Assembly (NCBI GenBank): GCA_043228905.1
Contig: JBHGNT010000012.1
Coordinates: forward strand, 7,192,001-7,256,000
DNA length: 64,000 bases
Reading direction: 5' to 3'
From: Azolla caroliniana
Taxonomy: Eukaryota > Plantae > Polypodiophyta
Below are positions 22,235 through 34,797 of the stretch, in pieces. The translations under genes and the position numbers were made by a program. Numbering within the stretch: the first letter of the stretch is position 1; each line of letters begins with the position of its first letter. The notes under the pieces were generated by a model. That model did not search any database and had not been told where the DNA came from. It saw only the letters and a list, made by a program, of their open reading frames with translations.

Positions 22235-22366
22235 CCTAGCACGCCCGTGGGACAAGACTTTGTCCGTCGGACCCACGGTTCACAATGTGGAGGAGCAACC
22301 ATGGATTCGGCAAAACAACACAATTTACAAAAATTGCCCATTCATACGAGGGCTTATAGGGTTGTT

Positions 22367-24502
22367 TTATTCCTCTTCCAATATGCCGAGGATATCCTCA
22401 GGGGCATGGGGTTGGTCTGGCTGCTCGGAAGGTGGGGTTGGTGATGGAGGTTTCGTTGCCGAGTCAGGGATGGCAATGTCGTCGTGTGTGCCCTCCTCTG
22501 TTGGGACCGATTCAGGCAGGGTCGTGGTTGTAGTATGTGGCTCGGGTGGGATGTCGAGGTCTGTAGGGGTAGGTTCCTCCGGTCTAGCTGTCGTGTTGGG
22601 TAGCTTGGGTCCTTGCTCGTTGGTTGTGGGAGATCCGTTAATCCCGGTAGCGAGTCGTTCCTCCTCGTACGCTTCGGCTTCTAAGCGAAACACCATTAGA
22701 TCGTCGTTGAATTCCTCTAAAAGTTGTTCGATGGCCGCGGTGTGGGATGCTGCCAAGGTATGATATTCCTTAGTTAAGTCTTCACGGAGGGTCTGGATGC
22801 TGGTGTCATCCATCTTCCTTCCGTCAATTCTCGGCATCCGCGCGTAGTATGTGTAGGTCCGCAGCTTGGGCTGACCACCCCTACCAAACATGGTCCAACG
22901 GTTCTTTGATCTTCGTGATGAATTGCTGGCGATACTTGTTGATTAGGATCTTGATTTTAGTATCGTCCATACCGATGCTAGCGTGGTGAACTTCCATTGC
23001 CTTCCTTGCGGCCTTGGCTTCTGCTTGACTTTTGCGGACGAGGAGTGCTAACGTAGCTTGATTATCTTTTGCTTTTTCCGTGATGAGCACGATTGTCTGC
23101 TCATAACGTGTGGTGAGCTAAGCTACAGTTTCGTCCATGTCCTATCACCAAGCATCCCGATGTTGTTCTTTAGCGGCGATGTGCTCGGTTTGCAATTGGT
23201 GATACGCATCAGAAATTTTTGCCCTTTGCTCTTCCGAGATCCTCCACTTCTGCATATGTTCATTGGCCATGTCTTGTAAGGCCCTTTGATGACGTTGTAG
23301 TTCCTGGATGTCCACAATTAGCTCTTGTTCCCATTGGCTATTCCGCTCTACTTCTTTGATGAAACATTCTTTGGCCTCAATGATAAAGACCTGAAGGGTC
23401 ATCACCTCCCTTTCTCATTCTTCGAGTGCGGTCGACCTTTCAGCAAGCAGGCGCTTGAGGTCAGCTTCGCGGCTCGCGGCTTGTTCCTGTAGCTGGCCAA
23501 GACTATTGTGGTGGTTCTGTTCTGCCAACTCGGCCACAACGATCTGGGCCTTTAGCTCCTCCTGGTAGTCCTGAAGGGGAGGCCCTGTCTGGGTTGCCGC
23601 TTGCTGGATTCGGGGAGAGGGTTCCCTGTCTGTCTGTGTAGATTGTTCCATGACGACCGGGGGGGTGGCGTTTGCGTGGAGGCTTGGCTGGTTTGGGGGT
23701 GTGGGCTGATATCTGCTCGTGACGATGGCTCACTTGTCTGTACCGGGTCCTTCATTGTGTTGGCATCGACCGTGGCTACCCTGGGGTGGGCGGTGTCGTC
23801 TTTGTGTGCTTCGGTACCTTCAACACTCAGGCTCAGGTTCGGAAGAGTGGCTAGTGAGACAGTGTCACTCGGCGCAGGGAGGCTTAAGGGTGGTTGTTCG
23901 GGATGTTGCTGCTTGAATGCCGCTAGTTTCTCCTCGACGACTTGCCATAGCTCGGTAGCCCGTTTGGCTTGCTGATGTGCCGTTTTGATACGTCGTGCCA
24001 TGTCCTTGGTTGCCCGAGTAGAGTGGTGCAGATTGCGATATGCCTCGACTAAGGCCATGTTCAAATCTGGTAGTTCCATGAGGAGCGAAGCATTCTGTAC
24101 TTCCTTCTTCCATCCTATCTTCTGTAAGGCTCGATCTTCGTGAGGTTCGATTTCTCCCATTAGAGCGCGTTGGATCATCTTTGTTTCGGCGTGCTCCTCG
24201 GCCATACGAGCGGCAGCGGCTACTTGGCGCGCACGAGGAAATCCATTAACTCATATGTTGTGCCCAGTCATAGTAGTGTATCAAACTCGTATGCCTCCGC
24301 GGGGAGATCTTTGTAACTGAGGACTTCCTCCTCTGATATCTGCGTGGTTTGTCCATGCTCGATCGTACCGACTTGGAGCCATGACTCCGCTGGTACCATG
24401 TCCGTGGAGGTTGGGCTGGCCTCTTTTGATTTCTAATGATGGTCGCCCTCGGTTCCTGTGGGTGACTCTCGAATGATGTAGCATCGTTTTGGCGGTTGAT
24501 CC
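22367..24502 (-). pseudogene. C-terminal part of gypsy extra ORF (coiled-coil, Pro/Thr/Glu-rich), broken by stops and frameshifts
   Basis: Successive minus-strand ORFs 23552-24205, 23415-23651, 23145-23405, 22881-23090 and 22367-22891 with heptad-like E/Q/L/A composition, located between pol and the 3' LTR. Confidence 0.55.
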
Positions 24503-25060
24503 TGACGGGAACTCAAGGCTCCTTATATGCAACGCTCGACCACAACCGAGCTTAGAATCACACACAGAAAACAAAAATAATGAACGACACGAAGAAGAGA
24601 CGAGTACGCAGGATGTTTACGTGGAAAACCCAAACTAAGGGGGAAAAACCACAGCAGCCCACAGGCTGCAAACTATCACTATGTTAGACTGTACAGCAAT
24701 GAGTTCACGGAGGCAACGACCTCGTGCTCACGATCCTCACCACAGACGACGGTTACAACAGAGGCAACGACCTCTTTCTCTCTCTCTCTCTCTCTCTGTA
24801 CACAATTACGCGCTCTCTCTCTCTATGCACCAACAAGAAATAACAACAACTATAGCTAAAAGTTTGTCGTAAGTCATATTTATACTAATATGACTTTTCG
24901 GCTATTTACAAATATAGCCTCGATGGACTCCCAGAAACATATTTACGAATATGTCTCTTCATCCGGTTCTCACATGGTCTGCACCATCTGGCTCTCCGTA
25001 GCCAGGTACTCCTCATCCGGTTCTCACCGGGTCTGCACCATCCGGATCTCTGTAGCCGGG

Positions 25061-25146
25061 TGTTGGAAGCAGTGTCGTCAGTGCGGAAGATCAAGAAGCA
25101 CTCGTTTCCTGTTTATTCTCTGAGTATGACAGAATGTAGGCCGTTG

Positions 25147-25181
<35 letters not shown>

Positions 25182-28100
25182 ACAAAAGACTCTTTATTTC
25201 ACAAAGCAACAATACAACATCCAACCTCACAAAGAGGTTACAAGGTCACTATATATAGTGACTGACTTAGGGCAACTACCCTTTATGCTAATTACATAAA
25301 TGGCCAAAACGGGATAGTGTGAATACGTCCATTATACACATGTATTCGACACTCCCCCGTAATGGGCGTATACATGGGTTATCTAAGATTACAGGTATAG
25401 ACTTAGGTTCTCGGACATATCAGCTTTGTTCGAGTCGGCAGGGTCCGAAGGCAGAAGACCGAACTGGTCGGGTCGGAACAGTTGAAGCCGATCATTAAGG
25501 AACTGATGTCGGTTGTCGGGAACCATGCTGCTCTGTGTCCGGCTCTAACCGGACTGGTTTGTCGTTACGCCCATCTGATGCCGAAGAGACCGAAAACGGT
25601 CTGCCGAGAGACATTTGGTCATTCCATCTGCGACATTGTCGGTTGTGGATATTTTCTCTAGACCGATTTTCCCTGAAATGACGCAGTCCCGAACGAAGTG
25701 ATATCGAACGTCGATATGTTTGGAGGCGTTGTGGTGAACCGGATTTTTCGACAAGGCAACAGCACCTTGACTGTCGCTGTAGACAACTAGAGCTGAGTCA
25801 TGGTCGACTTGTCGAAACGTGTGCGCCAGCCGACCGAGCCACAAAGCTTCTTTTGCTGCGTCGGACGCAGCTACATATTCTGCTTCGGTCGTTGAGGTCG
25901 CTGTGCACTCCTGAAGTTTTGACTTCCACGAAATTGCTCCATTGCCGAATTTGAAGCAGTATCCGGTTGTTGATTTCCGACTGTCTATACAGCCGGCGAA
26001 GTCCGAGTCGGTGTAACCAACTACGCCTGAGGTTCGGTTCGGACCGAAAAGAATGCCATGGTCTTTTGTGCCAGCCAGATATCTGAACACATGCTTGACT
26101 GCGTTCCAATGCGATCGGCCAGGATTGTGCATAAATCTGCTAACGACTCCTACGGCGTGAGAAATATCAGGCCGTGTCGCGACCATCAGGTACATAAGGG
26201 AGCCGACTGCCGGTGCATACGGTACCGACTTCATATCTTCCCCCTCCGGGCCGGATGTCGGGCAGTCTCGCTGAGAGAGCCGAAGATTCATTGGGAGCGG
26301 GGTTGAAGCAGATTTGGCGGATTGCATGTTGAAGCGTTCCAAGACACGTCCGATAGAGTCGGTCTGAGACAAAAAAAGATGTCGTTTATCGCGATGCCGA
26401 CTGATTTTCATGCCAAGGATGTGTCGTGCCGGACCGAGGTCCTTCATGGCAAACTTCAACCGCAGTTGCCGAACGAGATCGGCAAGTTCGCCCGCGTGGC
26501 GTCCAGAAAGTAGCATGTCGTCCACGTAAATGATGAGGAAGATGGGTGATCCATCTTGAGCTGTGTTGGTGAAGAGACAATGGTCTTCATCGCTTTTGGA
26601 GAAGCCGATCGATTGGATGAAGTCGTCGAACTTCTTGTACCATTGTCGCGGTGCCTGTTTGAGGCCGTATAGACTCTTCCTGAGTCGGCAGACTAGATGT
26701 TCTTGGCCAGTTGCCACGAAGCCTTTCGGCTGCTCCATATAAATTTCTTCCTCGAGATCACCATGGAGGAAGGCGGTTTTGACATCTAGCTGAATCAGCT
26801 CCAGGTTGTCGGCTGCCACGACGCCGAGCAGAAAACGAAGGGTTGTCATTTTCACCACTGGTGAAAAAATCTCGTCGAAGTCGACGCCATATTCTTGTCG
26901 GAAGCCCTTCGCAACTAATCTGGCCTTGTACTTTGGGGTGGTCGAATCAGACGTCTCTTTTAGTCGATAAACCCACTTGCAAGGAAGAGCACGTCGGTTC
27001 CTAGGTAATTCGACCAGATCCCAAGTCTTGTTTGCCCGAATGGAGTGCATTTCCGACTCCATCGCCAGATGCCAGGTGGCGGAATCGACAGATGTCGATG
27101 CTTCTTCGTAAGACGTCGGTTCGCCGGCGTCGGTGAAGAAAATTCCAGGAGAATACCTCTCCGGAGGTTGCGACAGTCTCTCGGATCGTCGAGGTATGAG
27201 TGGACTGGTCGCATCGGGTATCGAGGTCGGATGGTCCGAGAACGAATTGTTCTGCTGTGCCGAGTCGGAGTCGTCCGAGTCGGTAGTGTAAGGGTCAGCT
27301 ACCCGTGAAGCTGACCGTGTGTTGAGAGCGGGGCCTTCTTGAAGGGTCGGCACATCGGAAAATGTTACCCTTCGGACTTCGATCGGTTTTTCGACTGGTG
27401 GATTCATAGCCGACTCGTTGAACACAACGTCCGAACTTCGAATGATTTGCCTGCGTTCGGGGTCCCAGAGTCGGTATCCCATTTCGCCGTCGGACCCATA
27501 TCCAAGGAAAATGCATTTCCTGGACCGAGGTGCAAGTTTTCGGCGATCATCTTTCGGAATGAGGGCGTACGCCTCGCATCCGAAGATCCTCAGCTTGTCG
27601 TAATTCGGCTTACTGCCGATCCATAGTTCCTGAGGAATTTGAAGTCCTAGAGGTCTACTTGGCGACATATTGATTATGTGCACTGCCGTGAGTAGAGCCT
27701 CTGCCCAAAAGCCATCCGACAGTCCGGAGTGTTGGAGCATGGAAACTATCCTTTCTTGGATTGTCCGATTCATTCGTTCGGCAATCCCGTTTTGCTCCGG
27801 GCTGTGTGGTGCCGTAAATTCACGTCGGATGCCGCGTTGTCGGCAGAATTTGACGAATTCTTCGGATTTGAACTCTCCCCCATTGTCTGTCCGAAGGCAT
27901 TTCAGCTTTCGGTCGGTTTGATTTTCTACCATAGCGAGCCAATCGGTGAAGATCGAGAAGACCCGATCTTTGGTGCGAATTGGATAAGCCCACACCTTGC
28001 GAGTCGAATCGTCAATAAAAGTGACGAAGTAAGAGGCACCGCCTAGAGACTGATGCGGCATTGGGCCACAGACGTCCGAATGGACTAAATCAAGAGGTCT

Positions 28101-30242
28101 CGTTTCTCTTGGTGCTGATGTCGGGTGTGACGCGGCTGCTTGTTTGCCATACTGGCAATGCTCGCAGAATTGATGGTCCGAGAAGGAGAGTTTGGGGATG
28201 TATCCGGCTCTAGATAGGTGCGTGATGCCGGCCTTGCTGAGGTGTCCTAATCTTCGGTGCCATAGTGATGACACAGGAATATCCACCAAAAACAGGTTAC
28301 CCTCTCTGAGCGTAACATGTAACGGATACAATGAGTGTATCTTGGGTCCTCTAGCAAGCAGGAGGTTCCCCCTGTGGAGTGTCCACCCTCCCGAAGAAAA
28401 ACCGGCACGAATGCCGTCTTCATCTAGTTGTCCGACTGAGATCAATGGCCTTGAGAGCTCGGGTACATGTCGGACATTGTGGAGTACAAGTGTTGAGCCG
28501 CCTGCAAGGTTGAGCTCTACTGTGCCGATTCCGATGATGTCACAGTGTTGCGAGTTACCGACTCGAACTGAGTCGGAGTGACGGATCGTATATTGCCGAA
28601 ATTGGGATCGATGAGGAGTCACGTGAAATGACGCGCCCGAATCTAAGAGCCATGTGCTCGACTCTTCAGTCGTGAGTAGAACTTCTGATCCGACTGGATT
28701 TTCGATTGATAGTATATTCGGGTCGTCTGGTAGCACATCAGCTGAGAAGCTGACGTAGTTGACCTCCTCATGCCGGCCACTCTTCTTGTTGTTCTTGTTC
28801 TTGAGTGCGCGGCAGTCGGCTTTGATGTGTCCGGGTTTCTTGCAATAGTTGCAGATTCGGTTATCCCGTGACTGGCTCCGTCTTCGCTGATTGTTCGGCG
28901 GTCGTGAGGAATCTCTTCCTCGTATGTTCGATCGGTCTGTCGAACCTTGTACTACGTAAGCGTCGTCTGTTGAGTCTTTGGCAAAAGACTTTCTCCGAGC
29001 TGCTTCGGTCAGGATTGCGCTCGTGACTTCGGAGTATTTGACAGCCGTGGTTGACGCGTTGCACACGGTTGTGACGAAAGTTTCCCATGATGAGGGAAGG
29101 CTACTCATGAGTATCATTGCTCTGAGTTCATCCTCGATTGCCGTCCCCTGTGACGAGATTTGGGAGCTTATGCTTTCGTACTCATTGAGATGTGCTTGGA
29201 CCGAATCGGATTCTTTCATCCGCAAGTTGTAGAGGCGCCGGATCAGAAACATCTTTGTTGCGGCGACCTTCTTTTCGTAGGTGTCCGACAGCGTTTTCCA
29301 CAGTTCAAATGCTGTCGTACACGATTGCACCGTAAAGTATACCGATTCCGATAGGTGCATCTGAATCGTGGCGCGGACGATTCTGTCCAGCTTCTGCCAC
29401 TCAATTGGTTTGTATCCTTCTGGAGGTTCTTCATTTTCGATGGGATCGATTTGCCCCTTGACTATGAGATAGTCCTGCATTTGTTCCTTCCAGAAGTTGA
29501 AGTTCGATCCATCGAACTTTCGTAGACTCATTTCTGACGAGCCGGATGTTGATGCCATCAAATTCGGTTTCAGTTGACGAGGCTCGGTTCGGAGTTGACT
29601 ACGAACCTTGTTGGGGTGCAGCCGGTTGGCTCACCCGATATCGTTCTAGTCGGATTTGAACCCGAGTCGGTTCGGCTTCGGATATATATATTGTTGAACT
29701 TGCTCGAGTTGACTCCGGTAACTTGAGGGACAGAACCGACTGGTCTTCCCGAATGTTGCCGAGTCGGAGTGAGCCCGGTTCGCTTCGGATATATATGCCG
29801 AATACCGATTATTGAAACCGATTATCTGGACCGATTCGGCTTCGGGTGACTGCAGCGACGAGAGAGACGGATCCGACTGATCCTCCCGAATGTCGATCAG
29901 CCAGATGAAGCGCGAATTTGGGTTGTTGTCAAAGTTGCACAAGGGGATTTCACCTCGAGCGGTTACGATCACAAGGAACGGAGTACGACCTGATGGCTTA
30001 CTCCAAGCAAGATGATCTAACGCGATGAGATGCAAACCTGGTTTTTTTTTTTTTTTTCTTCTTCTCTCTTCTTCGAATGACGCAGGAAACCGAATGCAGA
30101 GACGACGGCCGACAGCGGATTGAAGGACCGACTACTGTGCAGGCTCTGATACCAGATGTTGTAAGCAGTGTCGTCAGTGCGGAAGATCAAGAAGCACTCG
30201 TTTCCTGTTTATTCTCTGAGTATGACAGAATGTAGGCCGTTG

Positions 30243-30283
<41 letters not shown>

Positions 30284-30451
30284 AAAAGACTCTTTATTTC
30301 ACAAAGCAACAATACAACATCCAACCTCACAAAGAGGTTACAAGGTCACTATATATAGTGACTGACTTAGGGCAACTACCCTTTATGCTAATTACATAAA
30401 TGGCCAAAACGGGATAGTGTGAATACGTCCATTATACACATGTATTCGACA
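25061..30451 (-). mobile_element. Full-length young Ty1/copia element (family B) nested in family A LTR
   Basis: TSD CCGGG (25056-25060 / 30452-30456). LTRs 25061-25351 and 30157-30451 nearly identical. Met PBS at 30143-30154, PPT at 25352-25359. Confidence 0.95.
25545..29561 (-). CDS. gag-pol: Intact copia Gag-Pol polyprotein (Tnt1-like), 1338 aa
   Basis: CNYCKKPGHIKADC knuckle, WLLDSGAS protease, HRRLGH..CEHC plus D,D,E integrase, YVDD RT, DSD/TEAE/DSQ/ADG RNase H. No stops. Confidence 0.95.
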   Translation of the reverse strand: MMASTSGSSEMSLRKFDGSNFNFWKEQMQDYLIVKGQIDPIENEEPPEGYKPIEWQKLDRIVRATIQMHLSESVYFTVQSCTTAFELWKTLSDTYEKKVAATKMFLIRRLYNLRMKESDSVQAHLNEYESISSQISSQGTAIEDELRAMILMSSLPSSWETFVTTVCNASTTAVKYSEVTSAILTEAARRKSFAKDSTDDAYVVQGSTDRSNIRGRDSSRPPNNQRRRSQSRDNRICNYCKKPGHIKADCRALKNKNNKKSGRHEEVNYVSFSADVLPDDPNILSIENPVGSEVLLTTEESSTWLLDSGASFHVTPHRSQFRQYTIRHSDSVRVGNSQHCDIIGIGTVELNLAGGSTLVLHNVRHVPELSRPLISVGQLDEDGIRAGFSSGGWTLHRGNLLLARGPKIHSLYPLHVTLREGNLFLVDIPVSSLWHRRLGHLSKAGITHLSRAGYIPKLSFSDHQFCEHCQYGKQAAASHPTSAPRETRPLDLVHSDVCGPMPHQSLGGASYFVTFIDDSTRKVWAYPIRTKDRVFSIFTDWLAMVENQTDRKLKCLRTDNGGEFKSEEFVKFCRQRGIRREFTAPHSPEQNGIAERMNRTIQERIVSMLQHSGLSDGFWAEALLTAVHIINMSPSRPLGLQIPQELWIGSKPNYDKLRIFGCEAYALIPKDDRRKLAPRSRKCIFLGYGSDGEMGYRLWDPERRQIIRSSDVVFNESAMNPPVEKPIEVRRVTFSDVPTLQEGPALNTRSASRVADPYTTDSDDSDSAQQNNSFSDHPTSIPDATSPLIPRRSERLSQPPERYSPGIFFTDAGEPTSYEEASTSVDSATWHLAMESEMHSIRANKTWDLVELPRNRRALPCKWVYRLKETSDSTTPKYKARLVAKGFRQEYGVDFDEIFSPVVKMTTLRFLLGVVAADNLELIQLDVKTAFLHGDLEEEIYMEQPKGFVATGQEHLVCRLRKSLYGLKQAPRQWYKKFDDFIQSIGFSKSDEDHCLFTNTAQDGSPIFLIIYVDDMLLSGRHAGELADLVRQLRLKFAMKDLGPARHILGMKISRHRDKRHLFLSQTDSIGRVLERFNMQSAKSASTPLPMNLRLSQRDCPTSGPEGEDMKSVPYAPAVGSLMYLMVATRPDISHAVGVVSRFMHNPGRSHWNAVKHVFRYLAGTKDHGILFGPNRTSGVVGYTDSDFAGCIDSRKSTTGYCFKFGNGAISWKSKLQECTATSTTEAEYVAASDAAKEALWLGRLAHTFRQVDHDSALVVYSDSQGAVALSKNPVHHNASKHIDVRYHFVRDCVISGKIGLEKISTTDNVADGMTKCLSADRFRSLRHQMGVTTNQSG

Positions 30452-30707
30452 CCGGGTACTCCTCATCCGGTTCTCACCGGGTTTGCACCATCCGACTCTC
30501 CGTAGCCGGGTACTCCTCATCCGGTTCTCACCGGGCCTGCACCATCCGGCTCTCCGTAGCCGGGTACTCCTCATCCGGTTCTCACCGGGTCTGCACCATC
30601 CGGCTCCTCGTAGCCGAGTACTCGTCATACGGTTTCGACCTCGGCCTATCGGCATTGTTCTTCTCCCTTCCCATCCGGAGGGACCTGTCTCCCAACAAAC
30701 TCCCCCT

Positions 30708-33700
30708 TCACTCCGGCATGGGGTGTCTTACTAGTCTGATCCTCTTCCGGCATGCATCCAGCTTGTCGGGTATCAACACTTTTGTCAGCATATCTGACCC
30801 GTTCTCGGCCGTGTAGATCTTCGTCAGTGCGAACTCCTGGTCATCTACTCTTTCCCGGATCCAGTGATACCTTCGCTGGATATGCTTCGTCCGGGAATGG
30901 TAGGCCACATTCTTAGCAAGGTGGATGGCACTTTGACTGTCGCAATAGAGTCGGTATTCATCTTGCCGGATACCGAGCTCTCTGATGAAGTCCTTCATCC
31001 ATAATATTTCCTTGTCGGCTTCCACAGCCGCCATGTACTCCGCCTCTGTGTTTGACAATGCAACCGTCTTCTGCAGCCTCGACTGCCACGAAACAGCTCC
31101 CCCTGCATATGTCATCACATACCCGGATGTAGACCGGCTGGTATCAACATCAGCCGACATGTCCGAATCGGTGAAACCGTCCAGTTGAGGTTTTCCGGAG
31201 CCGAATCGGAGACACATATTTGAAGTGCCCTTCAAATACCGGAGTATCCACTTGACCGCGTTCCAGTGCTCCTTGCCGGGATTGCTCATAAACCGGCTCA
31301 CCACTCCGACTGCGTATCCAATGTCCGGTTGGGTACAAACCATTGCGTACATCAAGCTCCCGACGGCAGAGGCATATGGGATCTTCATCATATCCGCCTT
31401 CTCTGTTTTCGTCTTCGGGCTTTGCTTACTGGATAGCTTGCAGTTTGCCGGAAGTGTCGAACCGACCGGTTTTGCATCTGACATGTTGAACCGGTGAAGC
31501 ACCTTTGTCACGTACTTCTCCTGTGACAGCCATAATTGCTTCGCTTTTCGGTTACGGATGATGTGCAACCCCAACATCTGTCTTGCCGGACCCAAGTCTT
31601 TCATTGAGAAGGTCCGGTTGAGAGCCTTCTTCAGCATTCGTATTTTGACTTGGTCCCGTCCGACGATCAACATGTCATCCACGTATAGAAGGAGTATCAG
31701 GAAGTCGCCTCCTTCAAACTTCTTCACAAACACGCAGTGATCAGCCAGCGTCTTGTGGTACCCTTGATCGGTCATGAAGGAGTCGAACTTCCGGTACCAT
31801 TGTCGGGGAGCCTGCTTCAATCCGTACAGGCTCTTCTTCAGCCGGCATACCAGGTGCTCCTTCCCTTTCTCCACGAATCCTTCCGGTTGCTGCATGTAGA
31901 TCTCCTCTTCGAGGTCGCCGTGAAGGAATGTCGTCTTCACGTCCAGCTGCTCTACCTCGAGGTCCATGCTTGTTGCTATACTCAGCACTGTCCGGATGGA
32001 GGTCATCTTTACTACCGGGGAAAATATCTCGTCGAAGTCCACGCCCTTCTTCTGCTGGAACCCCTTCACCACGATCCTGGCTTTGTATCTCGGGGGGTTG
32101 CCGACATCTCCCGGTTTCAACTTGTACACCCACTTATTTCGGAGTGTCCGCTTTCCTTTCGGCAACTCCACCAATTCGTATGTATGGTTCTCATGCACGG
32201 AATCCATCTCGTCCTACTTGGCACTAAACCATTTTTGGCTGTGGGTGTCTTCCTTCACTTCTTCGAAGCTTTCCGGCTCCCCCTCATCGGTCAGCAGAAC
32301 ATGCTCTACATCCGGAAATCTCCGGGGGGCCCTTCTCTCTCTGAGAGGATATCTCCGTCTTCGGGCTTCGGTAACCGGCTCCTCCATTTGCTCTTCATCT
32401 GAATCCGATTCGGGGTCTTGGCCGGTTCCGGTCTCAGCTTCCTCTACCTCTTCTTCTGCCGGTTCGGTATCCTCACCGTAACCGGCTGGTTCCTCGAGTG
32501 CTAACCGGTCTCTTGCCGGTTGGGTCTGCTCATTGTAGAGTCTATCCTTACCGGTTGACTCGGAGTTCATTATCTTCTTCTCCGACTCCTAGTCGGCGAG
32601 CGTCTTGTCCTCCATGAAGATAATATCTCGACTCCGGAATACCTTCTTGTCGACCGGGTCCCACACTCAGTAGCCGAACTCATCGTCACCGTAACCGAGG
32701 AATATGCATGGCCGGGTCTTTGGATCTAACTTTCCTCTCCAGTCCTTTGCTACATGCACGTACGCGAGACACCCGAACACCTTCAGGTGCCGATAGGATA
32801 CTTCCTTACCGGTCCACACTCTCTGTGGCGTGTCTCCGTCCAAGGATACTGAGGGTGATCTATTTATCACGTATGTCGCCGTCGACAATGCCTCAGCCCA
32901 AAACTTCTTGGGTAGTTTTGCATGTGCTAGCATACTCCGGACCCTCTCCATTATGGTCCGGTTCATCCTCTCGGCCAGTCCGTTTAGTTCCGGCATCTTC
33001 GGCACGGTAAATTCGAGCCGGATTCCCTTCGAGCAGCAGTACTCCTCGAACTGCCCCGGTACTCTCCTCCATTATTTGCTCGAACTGCCTTCAGCTTCCG
33101 GCTGGTTTCTCTTTCCACTCTCGTGTGGAGCTCTTTGAAGACGGATAACACCTGATCCTTTGTCTTCAACGGTGTGGCCCACAGCTTCCGGCTGTGGTCA
33201 TCTATGAACGTCACGAAGTAGTGCGCTCCGGCATGTGACTTCGTGTCTACTTGACACACATCCGTATGCACCAACTCTAGTGGTGCATTACGTCTCATCG
33301 GTGGCCTTGGTCGGAAGGAGGTCCGGTTTTGCTTACCGGCCAGGCAATCAGTGCACTTCTCCAAGTGCACGTTCTTCACTGGAATGAGGTTGTCGTCTGC
33401 AAGCCTCTTCATCCCCTTCTCGCTCATATGACACAGCCTCTTGTGCCATAGCTCACCGGTAGTGTCGGATGCCACGTTCACTTCTTCCGGACATAACCGG
33501 GCATTCATCAGGTACAACGTGTTTACCTTCCGGGCCCGAGCCACAATCAGGCTTCCTTTGCTAAACTTCATGACACCGTTCCGGATGCTACCCGTGTAGC
33601 CTTCATCATCTAGCCGACCGGCTGATATCAGGTTCAAACGAACTTCCGGAATGTGTCGGACATCCTTCAGCAGCAACTTGCATCCGATTGGTGTTGTCAG

Positions 33701-34768
33701 CCACACGTCTCCTATGCCGACAATTCGGCTTGTACCTTTATTCCCCATCCGGACACATCCGTGGTCACCGACTGAGTAGGATGAGAAGCATTTCCGGTAC
33801 GGGGTAAGGTGGAACGACGCTCCGGAGTCTACCACCCAGGTCATCTCGTCGCCGGCAAGGTTTATCTCACACTCCTCGGTGATGAGCATCAACTCTTCTT
33901 CACTTGCCGCGATTGTCGTCGTTCCCTTCCGGTCCGGCCCCCTCCGGTCTTTACCGTTCCGGTCTTTACCGTTCTGGTCCGGGGTTTGCTTCGAATCGGT
34001 ACCGTCGGTTTCCTTGTCTTTACGGAAATGCAGACAGTTCTTTTGGAAGTGTCCCGGCTTGCCGCAATAGAAGCAAGTAGGTCTCCCCCTTGACTTTGAC
34101 CGTGTCCCCGACTTCTCCCGGTTCTGGGGACTACGGTTTCTCTGTCTTCCGCGTTCCGATTCGGTAAGGAGCGCTTTGGAGTCGGAGCTCGTATCTTTGT
34201 CTTTCCGACGCGCCTCCTCATCTAGCAAGCTCGACATTACTCTTGCTAGGGATAACCGTTTTCCTTCTGGCCCGGCGTTGCCCAAATTGACAACCAACGT
34301 CTCCCAGCTATCCGGGAGGGAACCGAGCAGGAGTAGCGCTAGTACCTCATTGGCAAGAGGTACTTCCAATGACGTTGCCTGGTGTATCAGCCCCTGGAAG
34401 GAATTCATGTGCTCCGCCATGCTGGAGCCATCTTGGTACCGGAGTCTTACTAGCTTCCGGAATACCGACACCTGATTGACAACATTTTTGTTCTGGAACA
34501 TTATGCCGATCTTCTCCCAAAGCTCATGAGCCTTGCTCTCTTCATTGAAGTTGTTGTACAGGCTCATGTCGATGAAGCACCGTATGTACGCCGTTGTCTT
34601 CATGTGCATCACCTCCCATATCGCGGCGTTGATTTTGTCCGGTCTCTTGTCCCCGAACTGAACTAGCAGCCAGAGGTCTTTAACAACGAGCATGTCCCTC
34701 ATCTTCGACTTCCATACTGAATAGTTGGAGCCGGTGAGCTTGAACATGCCGCCAAACGATTCGTCCAT
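30708..34768 (-). pseudogene. gag-pol: Copia family A gag-pol, copy A1 (stops and frameshift)
   Basis: ORFs 32984-34840, 32667-33005, 32214-32570 and 30708-32207 with CCHC, DSGAS, integrase, YVDD and RNase H. PPT 30698-30707, PBS 34784-34795. Confidence 0.9.
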
Positions 34769-34797
34769 TTTCTGTGTCGTTTTGCTCTGATACCACT

